A stretch of 64,000 nucleotides of DNA. It comes from Setoptus koraiensis. Its lineage: Eukaryota; Animalia; Arthropoda. Positions 38,303 to 51,371 of this stretch are shown one piece after another. The translations under genes and the position numbers were made by a program. The stretch covers positions 19,282,001 through 19,346,000 of the forward strand of contig CM106586.1 of the NCBI GenBank assembly GCA_048013815.1, written 5' to 3'. The notes under the pieces were generated by a model, which had not been told where the DNA came from, made no database searches, and saw only the letters and a program-made list of their open reading frames with translations. Each line of letters starts with the position of its first letter. Positions within the stretch are counted from its first letter, which is position 1.

Positions 38303-41300
38303 CGATAAACAACAACAACTGCTACAACAACAACAACAACGACAACAACAACAACAATGTTTAGTGGTAGCAGTGTCAGTTGAGCAATTTAATTATTGTT
38401 GGGCGTTTGCCCGAGCTATTGTTATACAAGAAAATGAATATATTAGTTCAATCAATCGCCTATTAACTAGCTACCCATTAGTATATTTTCGCAGTTACTT
38501 ACTCCTGGCGTGATGTATCAATTAGAACGTGTGCCTGCTTTCTGCCAAAACAACAACCAAAACAGTCAACTGACAGTGTTTTGTGCCAATAACACATACG
38601 CTGTAGGCTGATATTTATCCAATCTATTTAAATATTCATGAGCCATCAACTCTAATCAAATCTTGACACTCACACTATCACTATTAGACTTCATATCAAT
38701 CACTTCTAATCTATCAAACTTGTAATCTATTTGCATGTCCACTGGCCCTCTGACACGACGTGATAGCACCCGATGATCGATAGAACATCGGTATCATCAA
38801 TCAACAACGGTAGCTCGTTTTAGATACCAGATACACTAATACTAGATAAACGATGATAACCACCGAAAACCCTAAGTTTAGCTCCGAAAGCAACACGTTG
38901 CTTTTGGAGCTTTCGATATCATGTAGATACCTTTTGGGATCCATTAAATCTGGCTAGGCAGCCATTAGCTTGCTGTCGCTACTGGTGTTGCTGCTGCTGG
39001 AGCTGTCGCTGGAGGTCCAAAGTTTAGTAATTATAACGGGACAAAGAGTTTTGTAAAATAAAAAATAAAAGATTGCTGAGAGTTCTTAATTCAGCACCGA
39101 CTAATGCGCGAACCGTGAAAAGGAAACAATGTTCACTAAATGATAGGGTAAAAGAGATATAATTTCTGACACAGATCTCTGCCATAATCGCAAAGTCACG
39201 TGAGCTCATCAATTACACAGCATGATCCACCTGATCTAATCTTGCCACTAATCCTACAGAGATTCCTATAATAACAACAATAATTGCCTACCACCAGCAG
39301 CTAATAGATTCCACTGCTAACCGCAGCTACAACATTCGTTTGATATTAACACCTTCACACGAAAAAGGTGAGATACTGTAGCCAGGCGATCTGCTTATTG
39401 TGTTGCCACTGCTGTATTGATCATTAATAAAGAGAGAGAGAGAGAGAAAAAAAACTTCAATAAGAAATTTTATCACTTTTGATTGATAGACGATTATTCG
39501 GCTATATATATATATATATATATATTTGTTATTCCACTAATTTCATTTGTAAACCACATGGTTAAGATGAACCAACCGAAAGTCAAGCAAATTGTAAGCG
39601 TGTTTGTTATTGCGATATATCGACTGTGTAATTTATGCATTGTGGTTCCATTAGATTCAATTTCATTGTTGTTGATATTTCTATTGTCGAGAACTTGGTT
39701 CAAAAAGTTTCAAAATTCTAAAATGCTTGCCACGATCAATCATACAAACATCTACAACAAATAGTAGATATCATAGCTATATCAATTTTACACCAACAAT
39801 GAAGGCTTAATGAGCTCATCTTTCAGTCAAGTCATATAAATAAAATTGATATAACATAATCTCGTGGTTTCGTTCAAAGAAGTTTGTTGCTATTAGTTTA
39901 TTGGCGCCATAAAAAGGGAAAAATATCCCAAGAGCAAGCGGTTTTGCTCTGCGGTTGAAATTGGTTAGGCCAATCTGAAGGTGCTAATGATTACAGTGCT
40001 CATCTGGGGTCATCAATATATGTTCAATAAATAACAATCACATCTCATGATGATCTCGTTAACTTGTATGTCCTCTCTGGTCGATTCACTTGAACCTTTG
40101 TATCGAGTCTATTCATTGCAGTTCTAACTGATCAGCATTAGAGAGGCAACACCAGATGAATAGCCAATTTTACTTGATAAATCCAGATTTCATGGTGAGT
40201 GTCTTATGATTCATGATTCAATTACTATCTGCCACATACCCACGCCATTTGCCAAGTGGTTCAATCACGATCAATGTTGATGCTGTTGTTGCAGTTCTAG
40301 TTTATACAACTTGCAAATGACTGCATATGCAGATAGGCTGCAATGATCAATTGAAGCGGCAATTGTTGGTTCGTTTTGCCTAATGTCAAAAAGTTGCCCC
40401 GATGATGATGATGATATCAAAATAGATCACTTAATTAATCAAAAGGAAAGTAATTAGTCGTAGCAACTAAGCTCAAATGCAAAGATCAACCTGTGTATCA
40501 TGTTTCGGTATTGTCTGAAGAAGACTTGTTGCTCGTTCTTGGAGCTCGATTGATTTCTATCCTTGCTTTTCACGTTTCATGCATTTTATTGATTAATTTA
40601 TTCGTTTCTTTTCTTCTAGCGAGTCCCCCTGAATACCATATTGCACATTCAAACATAATCATTTGATAAAATAACAAAAGCCAATATGGCACCAAGTCAA
40701 CTCTCCTATTTCAACCATTTCTTGAGTTTAGCTCTGAAAACAATCACACACGATAATTATTTATCATTGTACAGTCAAGCCATTAACTGTTTACGTCATG
40801 GATTCTTAACCTGAAACCACTGTGTTATCTATTGATTTTTGGTGGCTAATTAACCACCCGAAACCACCGATTCTATTAATTTTCAATCTTACACACTTTC
40901 TTTGGTGCCTTACTTTGTTGTATCGAGGAAACCGAGAATATTTAGATAATAGGATAACCACCATGATAGTGTGATAGTGTTAGAGGTTCGTTCTTGCATT
41001 GTTTGCTTCTGGACAAACAGCAACAGTTTGCAATATACTTGCTCAATCTTGCATAAAATTAACATTAAGTCAATTAATTGATGTCAGTGTTATTACAAAC
41101 GAACAAATTTTACAACACACATAACAAGTACAAATAAGCTATTATTCATAACTTTCATGCAAATAATAGAGCATCATCAAAAGTAACAAGTTTGGTTATT
41201 GATTTTTGCCGTACACTTCTGTCTATTTCTCCCTTCACACTGTCTAAACTAAATCTAACAACAATTTAGTGTGTAAAAAACACTCGATTGGTGTTAGACG

Positions 41301-41473
41301 ACGACACTGCCTCCTATTCTCACACTTGAGAAATTAAAATTATCTGACTGTGTTTTCTATTCATAGACATTGGTACCTTATGCTAGCTGTGTTATTATTG
41401 TTATTGTAATAAGCCTCTACTAATGATGGTCTCTGTCTTGTAATCTTATACGGGAAGAATTTTTACTTTGTTG

Positions 41474-41950
41474 TTAAAAGCAACTATCTGGAGACCCGAG
41501 TGTAATTGATTTACGATTTAAATTATAGAGTCTGACAGAGAGAGAATCATGTTCGCTTCCTGTTTCCAACTTATCAACGAGAAGATGTGAGCTTTCTTGC
41601 AGTGGTGAGCTGTTAGGATGAAGCAATACCACAAATCGATATGTATTCTTTTGCCTTGTGAGTGGGCTTGTAAACAACAGATATGTCCTTTGGAGTTTTC
41701 CCCTTACACATACTAAGGCCAATGTTTTATGTGACTTCAATATAATCTGCATAAGATACATATGAATACAATTATGCTTGTTAGTCGTACCCGCAAGACA
41801 TCTTAATTGCGGAGAAGCCTGATTAAATTGATCTTTGGCTGTCCATAAAACACTGCCTACGTTATTAGATCGTAGGGAGGTTACGAACGTAGTATGATAT
41901 ATGAGATTTACTCGCGCGACGCACATCATAAACATCTCGATAGTTGTCAT
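41474..41950 (-). CDS. Unassigned 158-aa ORF in AT-rich DNA
   Basis: 162 stop-free codons in AT-rich sequence; no recognisable domain. Confidence 0.25.
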   Translation of the reverse strand: MTTIEMFMMCVARVNLIYHTTFVTSLRSNNVGSVLWTAKDQFNQASPQLRCLAGTTNKHNCIHMYLMQIILKSHKTLALVCVRGKLQRTYLLFTSPLTRQKNTYRFVVLLHPNSSPLQESSHLLVDKLETGSEHDSLSVRLYNLNRKSITLGSPDSCF

Positions 41951-43983
41951 GACATGTCTTCGTTATAAATTTGTTCTTGTGTTATCGTGTATCATCAGAA
42001 AGATAGATAAAGATACCATAACCATGCTAGCTAAATACTTGTGTCTTGGTGTCCATTAGTGATTGACTCTTTTGGGCGATAGACAGTTCAAGGTCATTGG
42101 AGTTGTGAGAAGATTCAAGCTCATGGGACATAACATGTTTTCGGTAGTAAGTGTGCACTTTCTCTATTGAATCTCGACTATTTATTTTCCTGAATATGAT
42201 GAAAACTCGATATACATTGATCTATCAGGTCAGCTGAACATGAAGCATTTTTACATACACACGCAACATTTTCGTTTATGTAATTTCAGGTGCTATTTTG
42301 TTGCTATGATGGAAAGTATTGACCTGTCCGATGGAGATGCCATAAGTCACATGATAGAGCGCTGCCACTGGATTTTTGTTAGAAAAATGATACTAAATAG
42401 AGACCATTAAAATTAGGATGTTTCAAGGGCTTCCATGTAGATTGTGTATACATGAATGAATGAATGGCCGTGCAGTGCATAGAATAAGCTAGTTGTGTCG
42501 AGGCTATTAATATTGAATATTTCACTTCGAAATAATATAATAATTTCCACTTTTTACGATACGGTTATAAAAATAACACACAACAACAATAAACAAGTGT
42601 TGTTGATGCCACCTAGTTGCATGTCATCATTAGTACCATTCTAGTGCACCTTAACCACACATGGTGATTAAATTTACAAATTATTCATATATCACAGTGT
42701 TTTTGTATCTGGGTATCGATTGTCCATCAGATAGTGCCGATCGGTGTAGTGAGTAATCTTGAGTAAATGCTTTTATTGCATGATTCAATCATTTCATGCA
42801 CTTGCACTTAATTACGTGCTGCTTCTTTGTCCAAATCACACACAACAGTACAACATGGTTTCGAATGTAATGTAGTGAGAGTTTAATGACTAAAAAATGT
42901 GAGAAGGAAAGTTCCTGATAAAAATTAAAAATCATCAATTGTTGCATGGAATATCTGTTGCACAAAAGGCAAAATGGCGCCAATCAAGAGCGACAAGTAC
43001 AAGGTTACAAGCAAGGTCTGAGTAATAAAGCCGCGGCGCAACACGCGTTGAGCCCGACAAGCATATCTGTCCACTGTGTACCTCATGAGCTGGACACGTT
43101 GGACTAAAAAACGGTTGACAATAGTGGGATACCGCCGGGTAACAGCAGCGTTGCGAACGTTGTCTCACACACACATATTCTCGCGAGAGGTACAACAATT
43201 GTCTACCCAAATACCGCATGCGATGCATGGTGCATTAACTCTTTCTTTTGCTGGTGCCTTCCTCTTGGGTGCATCAGAGCCAGCGATGGTTACCTTGGGG
43301 GTAATCCGCTGACCGTTCGAGGCATTCGATTGCAACTGCTGAATAATGTTGGGCGACCATAATGGGCTCGCCAACATTCGATCGCCATTGCAGTTATCGA
43401 TTGGCTGGCCAGTCAATAACTGGTGAAATTCGAACCGAACTGTGATCGATTTCTGGCTCACTCTAAATCGGAGAAAATCTGGAGCAATGTCGTCTCAATT
43501 GACACAGAAACGGGATATTAGACACCGATACACTAGACCTAGCGAGCAGAGCGCCAGTCGATGCACTCAACGATGACAAAATTGGATATGGGAGGCCAGC
43601 GTGAAGTAAAGATGACTAACAGAGCAAGGAAATAGTATCTTCCGGAATAGAGTAGCGCGAATAGTTCAATAATCAATGGTGGCGGTGTCATGTATCGTTG
43701 TTTACTGTATAAAACACCGAGCTGCGATCGAGGAATCATGCTGACGATCGCTCACAAACATTTAAATATCACAACAACCAACAATTGTTACCTAGTGACC
43801 TAGTTATACAACGAGCCGATATAGAAAGACACAAAGAATTCTCCATCCGAACAACTATTTCGTCGCTAATCGAGGTGATCAGAGGTCCAATTAGGTATTT
43901 CAGGCAGGCCAACCACAAAGTTTCACCCAAAAAATAAAACACATTCACTCTTGATCCGCCATACATTATTCTATAGCGTTACG

Positions 43984-45707
43984 ATGGAGGTCGAGCTAGT
44001 GACAAAACTTGTTATTTTCATTTTGATGGGCACATGTTTTCCAGGTAAGCAAATGAATTATGATGCTCTCCACGATGTCCTCTTGATCCTCTTCGACTCA
44101 CCAAGACTCAAATTGTACTGTCCACCCATTTGTGCGCGCAGTTGGTTACAGTCGTGATAGTCCTGATCCGAACCTAAATGATCCTAGGATTAGTGTGCAT
44201 CATTATCCGTCGTCCAATCAAAAGACCCGAATGGCCTATTATGCCACCGTGACACCCCCTGACAACATTATGATGATTGATGAATCATTACAAGATTTAA
44301 ACAAAGTTGTCTCAAATCAACAGCACCACGCAACAGAGGCTCAGCAATTTTCTGGACCAGCTAAACATTATCGCAACAATAGTGGTGGTGATATCAGCAA
44401 TCAGATAGGCAAACCGGTAGTGCCAACTGATTCTTTGGGGCAACATCAGCACCAAACATCAGCCAATCGAGCACCACCACCAATTACGATTGATAATGTG
44501 CAACAAAGAGCTTTAAATCAACAAGATAATAATAGTAGCAAACAGCAAAATAAGTCAATTCAATCTACATTGCCACAAAAACTAATTGAGACGAACAACA
44601 TGAAACAATATGAGAACATTATAAACGTTTTCAATGATGCTAAAACTCTCACGCAAACCACTCTTGCACAAACAAGCTTACTGACGCCAGATCTTCAAAA
44701 TCAATCCACATGTCTGACAATCAAGGACGAGCCCGCGCCTAACTATGTAGAGATGGTCATCAGAAATATGGATAATGAGCCCTGTTACATTTTGAGCTTA
44801 AGCGCCTACATAACTGTAAAAGGAAAATTTTTCCCGTTCAGAAACTACAAGCCGAGACAATTGCAGGGGCGCTGGAGATATAATGATGAGATCATTATAG
44901 ACGTCGATTGCGGATATTTGTCATTGATAGTGAGAAGGATCGGGCAAATTATAGTAGTGGACGCGATGAAGTTTTTTGCAATTCCATTGACTAGTGAAAA
45001 TTCGTCACCAACACTGATTTACTCCCCCAGTGAATTAGTAAAACCGATTATGTATGCACCGTTGAAATCAAAGTTCGTGTGCGACAAAATAGTGATTTTA
45101 CCTGGCGATCAGAACACTATTTTGATAATTCAAAAATTTGAACTTCAACCGCTGCTTCTTGCTACGTGCAATTTCGCAGACCGATCGAGAAGCCAAGCAC
45201 ATGTTGATCTGTCTGATATGGAAGAGATCACACAGACCAGAATGCCGGCCAGAAGTTCGAGAGCAGCGGAGTCGGATCATATGGCGACCATAAAAGATAT
45301 ACGGGACAAGTGTAGCACACCAGGTGAGTGGTCGCATAAGTGATTTCAATCTTTTTTCTTTTCAGAACATTCCATACATTGGTATATGGCAGGCTACGTT
45401 GAAACTGTATGGCCTATGTTGGTCACTTTGATCAGGTGACGGATCTAAAGCAAGACAGATCTTCATTTTTTCCAGTTCTCGAGAGAGACACAAGAGTGTC
45501 ATGAGTAGTGTTAAATGAGACATGCATACCGGTGCTTACTACCGGTATGCATGTATCATTCATGTATGGTGTGATGGATGATATGCAAATAGTATTGGTA
45601 CATGATCATCATATTGGATCACAACTTTGGACAGTTTAGAAGATAATGTGGCCGCGGTAATGCTGACATTGTTGTTACTCTGCCCTATTGTGGTCTGTGT
45701 GATATAA
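43984..45707 (+). CDS. LAMP/CD68-like glycoprotein; join(43984..44044,44142..45323,45640..45707), last exon uncertain, about 436 aa
   Basis: Signal-peptide exon MEVELVTKLVIFILMGTCFP with GTAAGC donor and frame-compatible acceptor at 44141. Q/N/T-rich stalk, then LAMP-like NEPCYILSLSAYITV ... SKFVCDK ... IIQKFELQPL ... DKC. GTGAGT donor at 45324, then a hydrophobic phase-1 exon EDNVAAVMLTLLLLCPIVVCVI*. Confidence 0.6.
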
Positions 45708-47045
45708 TTATGGTTGTTAAACTTGGCTGCTTGCGGATAATAAGCGCAACCTAGCCGTTGTATGGCTGGCTAACTGGCACGCAGTGAGATGAGCGAGTAA
45801 CAATGATGCGAATAATATCAAAAAGTATGGTATCACGCGACATTCGAGGCAACGGAATCAGCAGAAGGTATGGCAATTGATAGAAAAACAAGAGACAAGT
45901 CACGAAGCACAATACCATGGCAATAATGGCTAGCAATTGTCGGTGTAAACTACATTGTGTGGTAGTAACAACTCAAATTGGTTACCATTTGTTGGTGTCT
46001 TCTACGCAATAGCATCACACTAACACGGAATGTACTCTCATGGTGAATGCATGTGTGATTATGTAACAGTCAACTTATCAGCTGTGCTCACGAATGAGAG
46101 AAACAAAGAATTTATTGTGTTGCCACAATAAATGCATCCAATGATACTATAGGACGTCGACCAAGACGACGACGAAAGTTACGTAAAATGTGTGGCTGGC
46201 ACAAATTTCCTGAATGAGTGAGTGGGTTGTATGATCAATTTGCGACGAGAATAACTGCTGACCAGGCAAAACTGGACTAGGTTGCAGATTGACATTGTGC
46301 TGGTGGTCTGCAACCGCGGTCACAGCGTCTAAGGCGATTGTAATTGCTGCAATTATTCATATGCAGATATTACATCTGGCATGTTAGCTAGTTGAGATAT
46401 TACGCAAAAGAAACTGTCCGGTTTGTCCGCTTTCATTCAACGTACACTGAACTTGACCCATGAATGAAAGAGTTCGTCCCCAAAGCGTTGAGCCAAGGTT
46501 GCTGATGCTCATCAGCCTATCCTCTCTCCATGCTCGTGACAGAGATCACGATTGTAGCACGGTGGATGCAGTTGTTACCTGCGGTATATACAAGAGGAGA
46601 TCCCTGCCGTCTTTACATCCAGTCAGTGTGTGTGTTGTAGAAAGGAATTAGATCTGTTTTGCAAGGTTGTTAACCGAAGACATCGTTAATGACTGTGAAG
46701 CAACAACAACAACAACAGCAACAATATCTACATTGTTTACAACATCTATCAGACATCATTCATCAAAAAGGCCAGTGTTTTCGACCATTAGCGTCTCAAA
46801 GAGGAGCAACAAGATGAGAGATCAGCGCCAATTATTCTCCGTCGGAAGGCAGGGTCAAGTTTAAATTGGCATATTGTTGTTACTACACAAACACAGAACG
46901 GAAATGTAACAGCAACAGCAGCAACAACAACAACAACAACACTGAAATCAATTAAGGAAGAGAGCGCGCGCTCACCACACACATGTTGTTGGCCAGAGAT
47001 GTTACAGTTACAGTTGCTGTATCATGTTGGAATGATCAATCAACT

Positions 47046-47048
<3 letters not shown>

Positions 47049-47090
<42 letters not shown>
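47049..47090 (+). repeat. (AC)21 microsatellite
   Basis: Read directly. Confidence 0.95.
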
Positions 47091-47095
<5 letters not shown>

Positions 47096-47551
47096 TCTCG
47101 CCTTCCGATCTGCTAAGACAGTTTATCGCTAGTTAGACTGCTACGCCTTGCTTATGATCGCGATCAGTTGCGCATCATCTTCATCCCACCACCACTACCA
47201 CCACCACCACCACCTATCAGTACAATGGCCAAGCGCTAGTCGTGAGAGGCTTAATTTGTTTGCCCACATAGTGCACTCGCGGTCATTCGTACATTTGATT
47301 GTCGATAAACAGGCAAGAGCTGGCCGGCGAGAGAATCATTAACATTGAAATAATCAGCAACAACAGTATAAACAACATAACACACTGTAGCTGATACCGA
47401 CCTCTACAACTATATCACGAATGAACGCGTTATGTAACATTGTTTAACCCCTTGTTCTCTTGCATTTTTTTTTTCTCCACTCACGTGTGACTAAATATCA
47501 ATGTATACACCGATAAATGCATTATATTAGTCGAACGATGTCTCATAACAG

Positions 47552-47796
47552 GCGACTTGCCCTCTGTGGGTTTCTACAGTGACCTCAAGACGGACCAAAA
47601 CATGATTTTGCGACCGCTAACACCTTGGCAAGATGCATTGAACCACCGACAATCGTATGCACTTGCGTCAAGATCATCAGGGCCTAATTCCGCTGCAACA
47701 CCGGCAAACATGATAGCAACAAAGATGATTATGTTTTTGTCCCTCACAAGCGTCACGATCTTATGCTATCTAAACTCTGTTATAAGCTACCTGTAA
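47552..47796 (+). CDS. Candidate terminal exon with a GPI-signal-like hydrophobic end (alternative last exon of the LAMP-like gene or of another gene)
   Basis: CAG acceptor ends at 47551, phase 1; reads DLPSVGFYS...SRSSGPNSAATPANMIATKMIMFLSLTSVTILCYLNSVISYL*. Confidence 0.3.
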
Positions 47797-50700
47797 TGTT
47801 AGCATTACAAATCATACACACACACACACACACACACACACCCTCATGATGTGTACATACATAACGACAATGATATTGTAGGAGTCATAAAATGGAGAGA
47901 GAGACATACAAACACACATATATAATCAACTGTCACATAATCTGTCATGTTTGAGGATGTGATGCCGCAGCAGCAACGGCGGTAGAGGAAGAGGCTTTGG
48001 GTGCACCAAACAACAATGGAGCGACGGAAGCGACGGCTATAAGCATGCGTAAACAATTAGAGGTAGCCAATGGTGGACGACAGTTAACTGGCAAACATTC
48101 AACGCTCGATGCAGCTAGACACTTGTCAAGGTAACAACTACAGCGGCTAACTCATGCTCATAGAATGAATGATAATGATAGAGTTGGCAAGTGGATGATA
48201 AACAAGAAGCAGCTTGTGACATGATATATTAATACTATGAGTTTGGTCCATTAACTGTCTCACTGGCAATACGTGATGGATTATTACCATTAGCGTAAGG
48301 CCCAAAGATGGTACCAGTAGCGGTAATAGAAATAGTAATCTATTGTGTAACAATCATTTGTCATTATCTAATGGACATGACATATATTGTATCTCATCTA
48401 TGTGTGTCTTCTTTTAGATTGGCTGACACTGGACACAACAACAACAACAAATCAATTCTATCGACTGTTTGCGCGCCTCGCCACAACATCCTACGAGGGA
48501 AGCGGCACCTGTAATACTTAATGTATTGTCCCGGCAATATGTTTCAAGGGCACCAATTATGACAGGCGAAGCAGTCAAGGTCGGTTGAAAAAAAAAAGAT
48601 GGATAGACCAAGATAAGAGAGACACTACTGACATGGACATAATTAGCGCAAACATCTCAACTGGTCTCACCCTGTCTCACTAACAGACGATTGGACAGCT
48701 CTGACATGACTTAAGTTGCCGTTGCTAGAATCAATATGTCAGGAACAAGGAAAGAAAAGGGGGGTCGCACAACAGAGATAAAGTAAAAACAGTAACAGCA
48801 ACAACAACAACATTAGAACTGTGATGCACAATGGCTGGGTACACGCACTGTGATTGCGGCCTCGGCCGCATCTCTCGACCAGTCCTCACAAACAAAAGCG
48901 GACATGTCAATTTGAGCCAGGCGTATACCTAATTGAAAACGAGTCCAGTAAATCATTTGAATTCGTGATCACTCTATCGGCTGTCGCCCATGAACTTGAC
49001 TTGACTTGGACAATTCGCACTCTGACGCCGCTTCCACAGGCAAACGCATCACACTCACACACACACACACACACAACTTACGTAACACATAACAAGGTAG
49101 GAAGTGACTTAATCCAACCTAATAACCTGGCCAAATCGGAAGAGCGACGACTACAACGCGAGAGTGGTGGAACAACAACATCACCATCGACAGCATCGCC
49201 AACAACGACAACAGCAACAACAACAACAGCAATAGCAACGGCTTAAAATAACACATCGCATACAGTAATAGTTGTAATGGTCAACACAACAGCACCCAGA
49301 AACACAAATTGAATGGCTCATTATATTTTAGGCTGTTGTAGGCTTGTAGGACACGTAAACATAATCAACTACATGCTATATTCATTTATTATTGTTGTTG
49401 TTCCTTGTGTCGCAATTGGCCTTAATGGCATTGAGTGCCTGTAAAAAGTAGTGGTCACCAGCAACAACAGCGACAACAACAATTACGGCCGCTTTAGCTC
49501 ACCTATTTGCGTATAGAGAGAATGTGGACGAGAAGAAAGGTCGACCCGAGCCCCTTCCCCATTCTAATGATAAATTGATTAAAAGTGCATTTTAGTTGCT
49601 TCACATTTTTGATCACAGTGACTTATTCCTCTAACTTTTGAAATAAACCTTTTTTGACTCATTCCAACCAGCAACACTGCTGCAAGGTCTGGCACAAATA
49701 CATTAAGCGCCACCAACATGTACATGTGCCTTATCGACGTGAGTCTCGGCTAAAGCTCATTCTTCTTCGTATGTTGTTATAGTGGCGGCAGCGGTGGTCA
49801 TAATATCAAAATATTACATCCTGCATGAATGATGCGCCGCCAATCAATAACTAAAATCATCATCACCGCAACAAGCCCCTCGTATGATTCGGCTTCGTTT
49901 GACTTTGGTAGACTATAACAGGGAATTGAATAGCATAACATAACATAACAATTGCAACAACAAGTTACAACAAGTGATTAGATATGTGTGCTCATTTGTC
50001 GATGGCGCACGAAATCACACGAACTAAAATCAAATTAGAGATTCTCTACTTGTCGTGTTCCCTTTTCTCTTCTCTGTATTATGCCCATCTCATTCGAGCG
50101 GACAGTGGGACAGTCGGACAGTGGGACAGCAGCAGCAGCGGTCTGGTCTTCACGCCAGTGTACACGTCGCTGGTGCTGGCGCAATTGAGGCAAAAATGTG
50201 ATTTAAACATGGTTGCGTAATAGTTGTTTTGTGTATGTGTGTTAATCATTTCAATGATTTGCAACAACAACAACAACAACGACAGCAAAATAATAACAAT
50301 CCATGGTGGCTGATTCAAACAAAGGAATCACTATTTACTATTGAACTATTACCGATATTGAGCACTTCCAATTGCTGCGCTAAAATGGCTGGACGACGAC
50401 GACGACGACAAAAAGAAGTGCTAAAGGAGAACAAAAAAGTGCAGTCGCTACAGCAAGATTGAATGAAGTCAATGATGCGTGCTTTCAGCAACAACAATTG
50501 ACCATGCATGTGGCGACTAAATAGATATGTAATGTTTGTTGAGGTATATCTGATCCGGTGAGCACAGCCAACAACAATGGCAACTTTCTACATACCAATG
50601 AGATGGCTAGCTCTACAGACGCCAGTGGGCATCTCGTTGGCCGGCGGATAGGCACTGGCAACATGTCACTCAATGCCACTATGTTACACTTATTCATACG

Positions 50701-51303
50701 ATAATTCGTCTGACTGTTGCAATAATAGCCGAGCAATGGTTGCGTAATAATATATATATATATTATATATATATAATGTGTTGTGTGTGCTCACAATAAC
50801 ATATATTGCGTAATATTGCCAGCAATGCACTGGCAATCAAATCGCAACAAATCGCTCAATATATCAGTGATACTCGCCATGTGTGATGGTCGCTCATGAT
50901 CGCTTACTTGCCAATCGGCGCCAATTGAGATTGATCCCTCTCAAATTGAGTCTCGATGTCCAAGCGATGGCAAGAGCCCCGTCAAGTTGGCTGGACATCC
51001 CCAGATAGTTAGCAGTTGCAGTGTGCGCCACACAAGCTACTCACTGCAAGTAGCAATGAAATGATACCTGTGCTCACCTGTGTTTGCTGCTCTGCCACAA
51101 GTGTCTGTTGCATAATCATTAGCGATAGAACAGCAGCAGCGGCAGCAGAGGCAGCGGCTGCCAGTTGTAGGGCTGCCAGTGAACACTAACGAGTTCAAGT
51201 TCACTAACCTTATCACAGCTTGTGTAGCGCGCACACAAATAATCAGGCATTATTAAGTTTGGCTCATGTTTGCCAGAGAGCAAAATTATTCAGATACTAA
51301 TTC

Positions 51304-51371
51304 CATTATTATTATAACTATTATTACTATCATTATTATTACTATTATTACTATTATTATTACTATTATTG
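51304..51371 (+). repeat. (ATT/ACT)n trinucleotide tract
   Basis: Read directly. Confidence 0.85.
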
